A DNA stretch of 64,000 nt from positions 4,464,001 through 4,528,000 of the forward strand of contig NC_090364.1 in NCBI RefSeq assembly GCF_035084215.1, in the 5' to 3' direction. Shown here in pieces: positions 46,960 to 64,000 of this stretch. Within the stretch, counting starts at the first letter, position 1, and each line of letters starts with the position of its first letter. The stretch is from Heptranchias perlo (Eukaryota). The position numbers and the translations under genes are program-made. The notes under the pieces are model-generated. The model saw only the letters and a list, made by a program, of their open reading frames with translations, did no database searches and was not told where the DNA came from.

Positions 46960-48512
46960 ACTGACTGCAGGAATAAAGCTTATTGGTCATCCTCCTGTAT
47001 ATAATGAGACCCATCATCCTGCAGCAGTAAGGACTTATGTGACTTTGTACAAAGCTGTGAGACCTGGGCTCTTAATGTGAAATGTAATAGTAACTGTCAC
47101 CAACTGGAAATAAACTGCTTAACATTGAGCTGGATTTTGTTGTCATATTTCAAAAAAGTAAGAAACCACTTAATTAATGTTCTAGTTTACATCAAACTAA
47201 ATTACACTGGGCTGTGGAACAACTTCATCATGGGATTCAGTCCTGTGTAAATTGTTTTTTAATGTGTGTGCACCCCAATTTTGGGGTAATTCCAATCTAT
47301 TGACTTGGATATTCAGGGCCACATGTTGAAGATCTAATTTCAATTGTGTTTGTGCATTGCAAACCAGCAGTGAAGAGCAATGCTACAATAAAAGTTCCTG
47401 TTACCACTGGAGATGTATATTCTCGTTGTGACAATGGCAACTCTGTTTAACCCCTCAGTCTAACAAAATATCAGCTGCTGTAACATTTTTTTTCCTTGTC
47501 TGAAACATGACTGAAGTGATTAGTGCTAAATAATTTCAGTCTGATGAACAATCCTATTTAAGGAAGGTCTCTGCCCTGGGATCAGCAGTCCAGGTATTTT
47601 TTTACATTAAGCAGCTATAGATCTCATTCAGTATTACTGTAGGATCCACGAGAGGTAGCTCACTAAGCCAAACTCATCATTGCTGCTGTAGATGGTTGGG
47701 CAATCTGTGTGGCAAAGCAGTCTCTAACTACCATCCAGAACTGGTGGTGTGTGAGCTCTTGGAACTAAGGGGGTTGCAATTGGGTGAGGAGAAGGGGGAG
47801 GTGTTTGTAAAATCAACCAGAATTGCCACATTTGCTGACTATCCACTGACCTCTATGGGGAAAGTATGGATTCCCAGTGGGGAGAGGATTGGGCTTGGTT
47901 CTATAAACTCACTTTCCACTGCCACCACCCGCCCATGATTAAGCAATTGGGTAAGGTACTCAAGGGAGAGTAATACGTGTGGGACTGTACTCCAGTGAAA
48001 TGTAATCCTTGAAGCAAATAATATGAATGATAATTTGAGCAAAGTTAAATAGATATTCTGACAAACTCCCACCATATCCCTCTTCTTACTACAATCAGCT
48101 CCTCTGAATATGTATTTAGTCCTATTGTATAATTCATACCAAATAACAATCCTCCTTTCCAAATCCTATTGGTTTTTCCATTTGTTTCCTTCACCCCTAT
48201 GAATGGATTCAAATGTTGATGCTGCAGCTGTAATTATCCAGTGTTTGCAAGTGAAGTTTAGGAACTTAGTTGTGAACTGCACTGGGTGTGATGGAATTGC
48301 AGTCTTCAGTCATTCCACGTTAATGTCTTTGCAAATTCAAAGATGACTTGGTTGCGTTTAATTTTGTCTCATCATCACAATTACTTACAAGTAATAAACT
48401 TGACCAGATTATGAAAAGCCACTTCAGTGAAAATATCAAATTAACAAATAGTTCAAAGTTGTGATTCTGAGAGATTGATACAAGGAGGCACTTTGAGGGA
48501 GGTCAAAAAGCA

Positions 48513-49102
48513 CCAAAGGTGACCATCCACAGGTCCAGGCTGGACGCGGCCTGTGGGGCGGTCGGTCCGACTCTGGTTCGTGGCATTCTCTGCGAACGGA
48601 TGGCCCTGGAGAGGGAGCACGCGGTGTCTGCCGTTATGCTTGAGGCTTTCCGCGACCGGTGGGCACCGGAGGGATTGGAGTGCATCCTGGGTCGATACAA
48701 TAAAATTATTATTTGACACTTATTTTTTGCTTATTGATTTGCTGCAAATTAAAACATTCGCTAACCCCACCCACCCCCACCACTTCTTATAAAAGGGGGG
48801 CCGTAAACAAAGAAGAAGAAAAGAAAACTAGACGAACATCACTAATAAAAAGTCAACCAAGAGAAAAAAAACTTTCAATCCTATTCGTGTTTGGACAATT
48901 AGTTCCAAACGGGAAAGTTTATCTGGAGTTTGGAGCCCGTGTGGGGATTCGAGTTATCCATGGCCACAGAGCACCGAGGGAATGATTGGACCGTCAACCA
49001 GCCGACACCAGTACCTCAGGACAGTCCCACCGTCCCTTCAGAGCTCACTGACCTGCACAAAAAAAGTGCCCCATCTATGAATTATTGTAGTAAAAAAATA
49101 CC
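48513..49102 (+). mobile_element. Old 5'-truncated Tx1 fragment in the ferritin 6 promoter
   Basis: Duplicate of 39210-39789; ERMALEREHAVSAVMLEAFRDRWAPEGLECIL. Confidence 0.85.
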
Positions 49103-49393
49103 CAAAAAGCAGTGATATCACCGAGACCAATCATCCAAACCGGCCTGTATTCCAAAGCTCTGATTGGCTCTGGGTATCAATCCCTCCTCCACCACGCCCC
49201 TCTCCTTTGTTAATTGGTGCTTGGATTCATGGACGATTCCTGAGTGGTTATCAGGGAATGTCAATCATCATTGGTGATGTCATTCCTTGCTTCAATGCGG
49301 GCTGTCCCAGTAGTATAAATACAAGAGCTTGTGAGGGACGAGGGGAGTTGTAGAATTGATCAGGTGATAGTGAAAACATAAGATATTGTAAAG

Positions 49394-51291
<1,898 letters not shown>

Positions 51292-52934
51292 ACTGACTGC
51301 AGGGATAAAGCTTATTAGTGCTCCTGTTCATGTCATCTTGAAACTCTCCCATCTTGTAGCAGTCATGACTTGTGTGGCTTTGTACAAAGAACTGAGACCT
51401 GGTCTCTTGTGAAATGTAATAGGAACTGTCAATAAATTGTTGAACTGGATTTTGTTGTCTCAAATTGAGTGGTTGCTGATTTTTCACTAAATCTAATTTA
51501 GTTTACATCTAACAATTACATTGGGCAGTGTAAGAGTCAGTCCATTGTCAATTTAACCCCCCCCCCCCCCCCCCCCCGATTCCTGTAGTAATTCCAATTT
51601 ATTGACTTGGATGTTCAGGGTCATATGTTGAAGATCTAATTTCAATTCTGTGTTTACCTTGAATGCTCATAGCACATTCCAATCTTTGGTTTTAATGCAA
51701 GTTACTGTTGCCACTGAATATTCTCTTTCCAAAGTGGCATCTTCCTTTTTAAACACCCCCACCCCAGGACAAGATATCAGCTACTGTAACATTGTGTTAA
51801 AATATCAGGATAATGAGCTGGTGTTAAACCAGATCAGTCCACTGAACAATCCCATTTTAAACAAGACTTTTGCCCTGCGATAAGAAGTCCAGATATTAAA
51901 GTGAGTTGCTGCAGATCTCTGTTATTGCTGTGGGATACACTGGACGTAGCTCAAGAAACCAAACTCATCATTGCTGCTGTGGACTTTCTAGTAAGTTTAG
52001 TGGTCAAACAAGTACAGACCAGTAATGTGAACTCAGAGTACTTGGAGGAGGGAGGAAACTAACATTGGCACATTTGCTTCGTATCCACTGGCTTCTTAGG
52101 GGACAGTATAGATTTGGTGGGGGAGAAGTTATGGCTCGATTAAAAACTTTTTTTTTTTGCCCTATGTGTGCACCCACCGTCCAAGTAAAGAACCTGCAAC
52201 ACTCACTGTTGATCTCATGAGAAGCAATTGAGTAAGGTCCTCATGGGAGAGTAATATCTGTGCAACTGAAATCCTTCAGGAAGGAGTAAATATATTTCAT
52301 TGTTTAAATTTGCTTTTTGATTTCAAGTTAAATAGATATTTCTCCTGCCAAATCCTTCCACATCCCTGTCCCATCAATTCATAAACCCAATGCAATCAGC
52401 TCCTCCCTTAAATGTATCAATTTGTATTTGGTCCTATTGTGCATTTCATACCAAATAGTAATCATCCTTTCCAAATCTTATTGGTTCTCCATTTGTCTCG
52501 TTCAACCCTATGAATGGATCAAATGTTGATGCTGCAGCTGTAATTATCCAGTGTTTACAAGTGAAGTTTAGGAACTTAGTTGTGAACTGCACTGGGTGTG
52601 ATGGAATTGCAGTCTTCAGTCATTCCACGTTAATGTCTTTGCTTCTCTCAAGCACTTTTGGGGGATCAATTTCACCACATTTCATACGTTGCTGAGCCAC
52701 AATTGTACAAGTCGGTTGGATTTGCTGATGGCTTTGACGGCTTCATATTTCGAGCAAAAAGTATTCAGCTCACTCGATGTGCTGAACCTGGATGAGGATC
52801 AACTGCAAACATTCCCCACACGGAGGTCACAACTGGGCTAATGGGGGTTAACTGTTTACACCTCAAATGAAAAACAGGCCAATGTTCAGCTCACTCTGTG
52901 CTGATCCGTTCCCCACAATCTGATTACAATGAAG

Positions 52935-53315
52935 CACGGCCAATAAGTACTTTTGAAATGTACTCACTGTTGTAATGTAGGAAACGCAGCAACCAATAAG
53001 GCCACAGCAAGATCCCACAAACAGCATGAAATGATGATTAGATAATCTGTTTTAATTACATTGGTTGAGGGATAAATATTAGCAGAGACACCAGGGAGAA
53101 CTCCCCTTCTCTCACTCAAATTAGTGCCATGGGATCTTTTACATCCTAAGTGAGCAGACGGGGCCTCGGTTTAATGTCTCATCCGACTGTACAGCACGCA
53201 CTGGGTGCTGTGGTGAAGTATCAGCCTGGACTTTGTGCTCAAGTCCCTAGAGTGGGACTTGAACCCACAACCTTCTGACTCTGAGGTGAGAGTGCTGCCA
53301 CTGAGTCACAGCTGA
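52935..53315 (-). mobile_element. DeuSINE copy
   Basis: Same element as 28705-29072. Confidence 0.72.
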
Positions 53316-53769
53316 CACAAATGGGGATGTTTGTGTGGGTGACATTGCATTCAGCAATCTTCACTCCCTCTCATTCTCGCTGAATATCCTGAATTTTACC
53401 AAACAACATTTCATGAGAATCAAAACCAAAACAATGATACATCCCACAATGCTTTGCCCAGTTGATGCCCCCATGCTGCCAATCCTCAGACACACCCATT
53501 CTCTATATTAGAACTGGGGACGATTCACACCATCCATGGGATGGAATTTCCATTTCTCTGTCCAATGGTTGGTTTACAAATTCACTCAAGACTACTTGAT
53601 TGCGTTGAATATTGTCTCAGTGTCACAATTACTTACAAGTAATAAACTTGGCCAGATTATGAAAAGCAACTTCAGTGAAAATATTAAATTATCAAATAAT
53701 TCAAAGTTGTGATTCTGAAAGATTTATACAAAGAGGCACATTTAGGGAGGTCAAAGAACCCAAAAAGCA

Positions 53770-54114
53770 TCAAAGGTGACCATCCACAGGTCCTGGCTGG
53801 ATGCGGCCCGTGGGGGCGGTCGCTCCGACTCTCTGCCTCGCTCCGCAGCATTCTCTGCGCCCGGGTGGCCCTGGAGAGGGAGCACACGGTGTCTGCTGGT
53901 AAACTTGAGGCTTTCCGAGACCGGTGGGAGGCGCAGAGCTCGGAGTACGTCCTCGACTCCGACAATAAAGTTATGATTTGATTCTGGTTTTGTTGGATTT
54001 CGTATTAAAGAAATGAAGGTGACAAAAATACAGGTGACACTGGGTCTAAAGACAGCAACACAAGTGCCCCATCTTAGAATTATTTTAGTCAAACAAAAGA
54101 AAAGAGGGAAAAAC
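53770..54114 (+). mobile_element. Old 5'-truncated Tx1 fragment in the ferritin 7 promoter
   Basis: Near-identical to 29526-29870 (offset 24244). Confidence 0.85.
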
Positions 54115-54409
54115 AACCCAAAAAGCAGTGACATCACCGAGACCAATCACCCAAACCAGCCTGTATTCCAAAGCTCTGATTGGCTCTGGGTATCAACCCC
54201 TCCCTCACACCCCCTCTCCTTTGTTAATTGGTGCCTGGATTTATGGAAGATTCCTGATTGGCTATCAGGGATTGTCAATCATCATTGGTGATGTCATTCC
54301 TTGCTCAAATGGAGGCGGTCCCAATAGTATAAATAAAAGAGCTTGTGAGTGAAGAGGGTAGTTCTAGAATTGTCCAGGTGATAGTGAAGAGTGATAACAG
54401 AAATAGATG

Positions 54410-56619
<2,210 letters not shown>

Positions 56620-58477
56620 ACTGACTGCAGGAATAAAGCTTATTGTGTACAGTAGTCCAGTTTATATAGTCTGGTGCATGATGATTTGTGTGACTCTGGA
56701 GAGAGCTCTGAGACCTGGGCTGTTGATTTGGAATATGATAGAAACTGTAAATAAACTGTGTTTAACATTGGACTGGGTTTGGTCTCCTTTTTTTAAATTT
56801 TAAGCTGCTTATTTTTCAGTAAGAAGAACTACATTGGGCTGTTCGATACTGAACCATGTAATGATATTAGGACAGGTGAGCAAAAGGTAGGTTTTAAGAA
56901 GTATATTGAAGGAGAGGGAGGAAATGCTGAAGCTTAGGATTGAGGCAGCTGCATAGAAGTAACTGTTTCACCATTAGTGAATATCCCCTCTCCCACGTGT
57001 GTAACTTTTTTTTCTTAAAACACAAGGCCAGTGAATTAGTATTGCACCATTTCAATCAATGAACATCCTGTAAGAATGGTATCAGCCCTGGGACTAGCAG
57101 TTCAGGGTTTTTTTTAAAAAGTAAGGTGCTATGGCTCTTCAGTTATTTTGGGGTAGCTCACTAAACCAAACTGATCACGCTGCTCTAGACTTTCTGAAGG
57201 ATTGTGAGCAAAGCAGCACATGATGGCTCTGAAGTACCAGCACTGTCGAAGTTCATAATGTGAGCTCACAGAACTGAAGTGGACTTCAATTGGGTGAGAG
57301 GGAAATCAACAACTATTGGCCTCTTGATGGGAATGTGGGGACATTTTTTTTTCTGGGCCCCTCCTCTGCCAAAGGAGACTTTTCATCATCTCTGTAATCG
57401 CCAATCCTCCCAATTTAAGATCCTCCATGAACAAGAAATTGGGTGAGTTACTGGAGGCAGAATAATCCCTGTGGAACTGAACTTGAGCAAAACAACTTTC
57501 TGGAAAAAGCAAATATATTTTGTAAAACTCACCTCTTGAAATGCCAAGTTCACTATGACTAATTCTTTCGGGGGGGAAATTTTCCACTGTTCCATTCATT
57601 CACAAATCCTATACAATCAGCTCCACCATGAATTTATCAATTTGCCTTTAGTCCCATTGTGTATTGGATTCCAGAGTGACCATCCTTTTGCAATTCTGTT
57701 CGTTCTCCATTTGTCTCCTTCACTCCTATGAATGGATCAAATGTTGATGCTGCAGCTGTAATTATCCAGTGTTTACAAGTGAAGTTGTGAACTGCACTGG
57801 GTGTGATGGAATTGCAGTCTTCAGTCATTCCACGTTAATGTCTTTGCTTCTCTCAAGCACTTTTTGGGATCAATTTCATTACATTTCATACGTTGCTGAG
57901 CCACGATTGTTCGAGTGGGTGTGGATTTGTTGACGGGTTTGATGACTTCATATTTCAGACAAAAAGTCTTCAGCTCACTCTGTGCTGAATCTGGATGTGG
58001 ATCAGCTGCAAACATTCCCCACACTGAGGTCACAACTGGGCTAATGGGGGTTAACTGTTTACACCTCAAAGCAAAATAAGGTCAATGTTCACCTCACTCT
58101 GTGCTGATACATTTCCTACAGTCTGATTACAATGAAGAATAGCTCTGGTAGCAACTCCCCTGGTGATGGGCTAGAAAATACACATTTGTTCTTATGGAAG
58201 AGAAGTTTCTGTGTTTACATTTGAAGGAATTGTTTGATGCGGGAAACAGTTTATTCCAAGGGAACATATCTCATCACCTAATCCAGGACTGAAAACCTCA
58301 ACCATTTTGCAATGAAACCAGATGTCAAGACTTTGGATCTCAGAGAAACACCAGTGTGATGAGCCAGACTGTCAGACAATGTCTGAGTCTCATCATTTCA
58401 ATCAGATTCAAATATTCTTCAGCCTCATTGGAAGCTGATCATAAAAGGACTCACCGAACATGCTGGAGGGAATAGAA

Positions 58478-58901
58478 AGAAGGAACTTGCATTTATATCG
58501 CGTTTTAATGACCTCAGGACATCCCAAAGCGCCTACAGCCAATGAAGTACTTTTGAAATGTCGTCGCTGTTGTAATTAGGGAAACACAGGAGCCAATTTG
58601 CCCACAACAAGGTCCCACAAACAGCAATGTGATAATGACAAGATAATCTGTTTTAATTATGTAGGTTGAGGGATAAATATTAGCAAGGACACCACAAAGC
58701 ACTGCTCTTCTCTTACTCAAATTAGTGCCATGGGATCTTTTATATCCACCAACGTGAGCAGACAGGGCCTCAGTTCAATGTCTCCCTCGGTGTTGCAGTG
58801 AGGTATCAGTCTAGACTTTGTGCTCAAGTCTATGGATTGGGACTTGAACCCACAACCTTCTGACTCTGAGGTGAGAGTGCTGCCACTGAGTCACAGCTGA
58901 C
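58478..58901 (-). mobile_element. DeuSINE copy with a more complete 3' end
   Basis: Same family as 28705-29072, extending to ggaacttgcatttatat. Confidence 0.72.
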
Positions 58902-59640
58902 ACAAATGGAGATGTTTGTGTGGGTGACATTGCATTCAGTAATCTTCACTCCCTCTCATTCTCGCTGAATATCCTGAATTTTACCAAACAACATTTCATG
59001 AGAATCAAAACTAAAAATGACACATCCCACAATGCTTTGCCCAGTTGATGCCCCCATGCTGCCAATCCTCAGACACACCCATTCTCTATATTAGAACTGG
59101 GGACGATTCACACCATCCATGGGATGGAATTTCCATTTCTCTGTCCAATGGTTGGCTGGCAAATTCACTCAAGACTACTTGTTTCCTCTGAATATTGTCT
59201 CAGCGTCACAATTACTAACAAGTAATAAACTTGACCAGATTAAGAAAAGCCACTCTGGTGAAAATAGCAAATTATTATCAAATAATTCAAAGTTGCCATT
59301 TCGAGAGATTGAAACAAAGAGAAACTTTCAGATTTGAGGAAATTCAAAGACCCCAAAAGCAGTGACATCACGGAGACTGATTATCCAAATTGGCCTGTAT
59401 TCCAAACCTCTGATTGGCTCTGGGTATCAACCCCTCCCCACACTGCCTCTCCTTTGTTAATTGGTTAAATGGACGATTCCTGATTGGCTATCGGGGATTG
59501 TCAATCATCATTGGTGATGTCATTGCTTACCAAAATGCAGGCTGTCCCAGTAGTATAAATACAAAGAGCTTGGGCAGGTTAAGTTTAGTTCTAGAAGTTT
59601 TTGAGCAATAGTTGAAAGTGATATTATTGAATTGGTGATG

Positions 59641-60604
59641 ATGGCATCCCAAGTGTGTCAGAATTACCACAAGGAGTGTGAGGATGGTGTCAACAAGCAG
59701 ATCAATATGGAGCTCTATTCCTCCTATGTTTACCTCTCCATGGTAAGTCTTTTATTAATTGCCACTGCATTCTCAGGAGTTGGAATTTCTCCAGTTCAAT
59801 AAACTGGCTTTAAAGTATGTTTCTCTTGATTTCTTTCCACCTCCCTTGGAAGGCAAAGCTTTGGCCAGTGAGTACTTCCAGTGTGTAATACAGGGTGATC
59901 TTGTTGAGTTAATGGACTGCTCCTTGCAGTCGTTGCACTCCATTGTGGGGTTTAATATACTCCTGGCTCAGCTGCTGCCTGAGTTTGTAACAAATGCAGA
60001 AACCTGGTCAAGTGCTTGTCAGCATTTGTCCAATTTCAGTTTCAATGGGGTGACTGCAGCCAGTGAAATGTTGACAGGTCCTCACTAGTTTTCTTGCCTT
60101 GAGACTCCTAGTGATGAAGCTTTCTTTACTGAGCCTAGATCTCTATTACACTAAATGATTGTACAGTGTAAAACTACTGGAATGGAGTAATGGTCCCTTG
60201 TTCCTCTCCTAATTTTAGATTAGAATGGAGAGTAAATGTAGTACTAGCTCAGAAGTGAAGTTTGAGATGAAATGTAATCCCTGACCTTAATTGCTATTTC
60301 TCTCTGACCATTCATTATCCTATTGGGGAGGGGGAAGCTATTGAACATCTTGTGAAGTAAATTGAATTTCACTAGTAAACAAATGGTATCTAATTTCTAA
60401 AACTTTGAGCACTAATTGTATGTCGGTGAGATCTCTGTCTGACATGATGCTGTTTTCAATATTCTCTCCACAGTCCTGTTACTTTGACCGGGATGATGTT
60501 GCCCTGCGTCACTTTACCAAGTTTTTCAAGGAGCAGTCTCATGAGAACTGGGAGCACGCTGAGAAACTGCTGAAATTCCAGAATCGACGTGGTGGCTGTA
60601 TTTT
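59641..60604 (+). pseudogene. Ferritin gene 8 (ENWEH variant), exon 2 interrupted by a retro-insertion
   Basis: Exon 1 59641-59742; exon 2 from 60474 breaks at ggtggctgta|poly(T); the rest of the gene is not in the window. Confidence 0.88.
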
Positions 60605-60785
60605 TTTTCTACATTGTGAATCTGGGTATAACTGACTGTTTCTGGACCCACCAAGATGCCCATCAATTGTCCAAGAGATGGGATAACTTAGAACCGATTG
60701 TGCTCGACACTATCTGCGGGATGGGATTTCCATTTGTAAACTCATCGATCTCTGATATGTTGTGAAGCTCTGATTCGGGAACAGA

Positions 60786-63038
60786 TTTTTTTTTTGTGAT
60801 TTTTAGGCCCCCCTTTTATAAGATGGGGGTGTGTAGGGTGTGCTTAAATACTAGAAAACCAAATAATCCACAACCAAGTTTCAAATTAAAATTTTATTCT
60901 CCTCGTCCAGGATGCACTCCAGCCCCTGCGGTGCCCACCGGTCGCGGAAAGCCTCGAGCGTACCGGCAGACACCGCGTGCTCCATCTCCAGGGCCACCCG
61001 GGCGCGGAGCATTCGAGCAGGTCCTGGGAGAGGTCGAGCCGAGGGCAGACTAATTCGGCTGCAACGGCCTCGCCCACCAAGGACGCCCGACCCGGTGAAA
61101 GGGATACTGGCGTCAGTACACGGATCTGTGACCCCGCCCCCCCATCAGCAGGGTCTCCCCATCCCCCCCCGAGAGGCACGGGCTCGGTCTCCTCCCCCAG
61201 AGAGGCGGACGTCCCCCGCCGCTGGTTAGAAATAATGGGCGGGGCCGCAGGATCCATGGCTGGCGCCACCTCCCCTTCCACGGTGGGCCGTCCCTTAGCA
61301 GGGACCCCCCTCCGCTTCCAGGGAATGGGGCCTTTCCTTCCCGGAGGGTCGCGGAGGGAGGGGGAGCTCCATGTCTGCTGGGGCCCCCACCTCCGCTCCC
61401 TCCTGATCACCCGCCAACCCGGGCTCTGTCGTGACCGCGAGATGTTGACTGGCCGCGGTCACGGCCTCGGGCTGACTGAGATCTTCTTTGTCCCGGGGAC
61501 CAGCCTCTAAGTTCTTCCTCTTCCTCCGCGCCTTTCTCTGGCAAGGGTTCCCCTCCTCTTCCCCCCCCCCCCCCCCCCCCCTGGCGGAGGCCTCGACGCC
61601 AACCTCCACCCGCGCAGTTGACTCTCCCGACGCGGGGGCGGGGTTGGGGGGAGGAGCGGTGGAGGCGCCAGCCCCGGCCGCCGTAGCTGTTTTGGCGGCC
61701 TGAGAGGCAGGGCAGTTCCTCTTCAGGTGCCCCACCTCCTTACAGGCATGGCACCGCCCACCCTCTGCCGTCCAAAAGACGCGGTAAGGGGTCCCCTCGT
61801 GGAGGGCGTTAAAGCCCCCCTCCGTAACCTCCTCCCGTGCCAGCTTGACGAATGCCTGGCGATGGAAGGAGTAAACATGCCGGAGGCTGTTCTCCCTGAG
61901 TCCGAGCGGCAGCGGCGTTACCCCCGACCTCACCTCCCCCAGTTGACGTAGGTGGGGGAGGAGGAGCTCGTCCGACAGGAAAGGCGGGACGTTGGATAAA
62001 ATGACCCGCTGCGCGGTGGCCTCCAGCGGGTCCACCGGCAGGAAGGTCCCGCCCACCGTGAGCCCCTTACTAAGGGCCAGGGACACCGCCCGCTCGGACC
62101 TCAGGAAGAACACCGCCCTCCCGTACATTTTTGAGGCCGCGACGATGGCCAAGGGGCCGACAACCTCGGCCATGGCCTTAACGCAGGCCTCAATGGTCAT
62201 GTTGGGGTGGGCGTAGCTCTTCACCCCATGCTTCCTCGTAATGAGGCGGAAAGGCGCCGGCCCAGCAGGAGCGGCACGAACTGTAGGAGCGGCCCCCGAG
62301 GTAACCGCCGAATACGTCCTGCTGGGTCCCGGCACCGGCGAAGATGGTGAAGCCATGACTTTAAGAGCCACACCCACCCCAAGTCTCAGGCCTTCGGATG
62401 GAAATTGGCCTGTTTTGAAAAGAATCCTTGAGGAAACCTCTCTCCCCGAATCCCAGTGCTTGGTTGGGAGAGGGGCCCCTTTGTTGGTTTTTAAATTTTC
62501 CCCAAGAACACCCTGGAGAGCAAGGGAATATCCTGGAGAGCAAGAGAAGGAAGGAAGGAGGGATGGATGGCAGAATGGGAAGGAGGGAGTCTGCAGGGGT
62601 AGGCTGCTGTGGAAGAGGGGCGGGGTTGCACCTTAAAAGGTGGATCTTCTTCTGGTGGGCAGGGGGAGGAGATGTCTTCCCCGAGACAGCTGGAGCTGCC
62701 GAGGCTCAGTCCTCCAAAGATTTGAAAAAGAAAGAAAGTAACTTCACCCAGGCAGCTCCAGCTGTCCTGGGCCAGACACTTGGGGGGGACCCCTGTCCTC
62801 TAGTCTTCTTCCTCCCCCTACCTTCAGCCGACACACCTCACTGCACCGACCACCTCTTCCTCCCACTGGTTGGTGCTCTTTTTCTCCTTCTCCCTCCCTC
62901 CTTGTTGATGGTGGTTTCTCCTTCTTTCTCCTTCTCCCCAAGGGACCCAGGCAAGGGCCTGCTCTCTCTGCTCTCTCTGCTCTCCACTCCACTCAGTGGC
63001 AGTCCAGCCACAAACACCTCCAAGGCCGAGCTGGTCTG
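60786..63038 (-). mobile_element. Tx1 copy E, internally deleted (~2.25 kb)
   Basis: Poly(T), 3'UTR and last ~40 ORF2 codons are joined at ~61012 to the middle of ORF1; 5'UTR retained. Confidence 0.9.
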
Positions 63039-63201
63039 AACAAAGACACTTTCAGATTGGAGGGAGGATTTTTTTCTCTTTTTTTTTTTCTCTTTGGATG
63101 TTGTCAGAGTCCGTGGCCCACGGACTCTGCCTCAGGCTGATTGGGACAGACAATTAGTGCCAGTTAACAGCACTGCGATAAAGAGAGGAGTCGGTTCTCC
63201 A

Positions 63202-64000
63202 TTTTTCTTTTTTTTTCCAAATTAGGCCCCCCTTTTATAAGAAGGGGGGTGTGGGGTGTGCTTAAATACTAAAACCAAACCAAAACCAAGTGTTCAAATT
63301 AAAATTTTATTATCCTCGTCCAGGATGCACTCCAGCCCCTGCGGTGCCTACCGGTCGCGGAAAGCCTCGAGCGTACCGGCAGACACCGCGTGCTCCATCT
63401 CCAGGGCCACCCGGGCGCGGAGCATCCCGCGGAAGAGAGGCAGACAGGCCGAGCGACCGCCCCCACGGACCACGATCATCCTAGACCTGTGGATGGCCAC
63501 CTTGGACAGGCCCAGGAGCAGGCCCACGAGGACGTCCACCGACCTGCCCGCCCCCCCCCTCCTCACCGGGCGGCCAAAGATCAGGAGCGTGGGACTGAAA
63601 TGCAGCCAGAACTTGAGGAGCAGCCCCTCCAAATAATGGAACGGGGGCTGCAGTCTCGCACACCCGGTGTACAGATGGAACACGGACTCCTCCAGGCCGC
63701 AGAAATCGCAAGCGGCCTGGGTGTCCGTGAAATGGCGTAACCGCCGGTTGCACGCGACTGCTCCGTGCGCCACCCTCCACCCCAGATCCCCAAAGTAACA
63801 CGGGAGGACCCCTGTATAGAGAGCCTCCCACTGGGGATCCCCGTCTCCGCCGGACGGCAGGCTGGCACGCCAGGGCGTGTCCGGCCGAGAGACGAGGGCG
63901 AGGAAGTGGATGGTGTGCAGGAGCAGCCCGTACAGGAAATCCCTCCGCGCGGTGTGAAACGGCACGGAGGGAATTTCCGAGAGACGGCTCAAGTTGTGAG
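63202..64000 (-). mobile_element. Tx1 copy F, 3' end (continues beyond the window)
   Basis: Poly(T), 3'UTR and ORF2 C-terminus with zinc finger; TGG>TAG stop at 63348. Confidence 0.92.

Noticed and set aside
51556-51577. Long C/G homopolymers (also ~25177, 31718, 61561)
   Set aside because: Variable between duplicates; simple slippage.

Overview
Vertebrate genomic DNA, most likely from a cartilaginous fish (judged from the SINE/LINE types). It holds a tandem cluster of eight 4-exon heavy/middle-type ferritin genes on the + strand (24.5-60.6 kb): four intact 176-aa genes and four damaged ones. The cluster is invaded by a young, GC-rich Tx1-clade (APE-endonuclease) non-LTR retrotransposon. Four head-to-tail minus-strand copies (1-24150) sit directly in front of the first ferritin gene, and each is separated from the next by a 76- or 160-bp piece of ferritin promoter ending at the same GGAT|T position. 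Other traces of the same family hit ferritin loci: a poly(A)-only insertion with a 14-bp TSD in one promoter, old sense-strand 3' fragments in four promoters, and a deleted copy carrying ferritin-upstream-like flank inserted in exon 2 of the last gene. The main candidate novel system is a ferritin-promoter-targeting Tx1 retrotransposon living in an expanded, apparently IRE-less ferritin array. Coordinates were read by eye; repeat boundaries are approximate and no database search was run.
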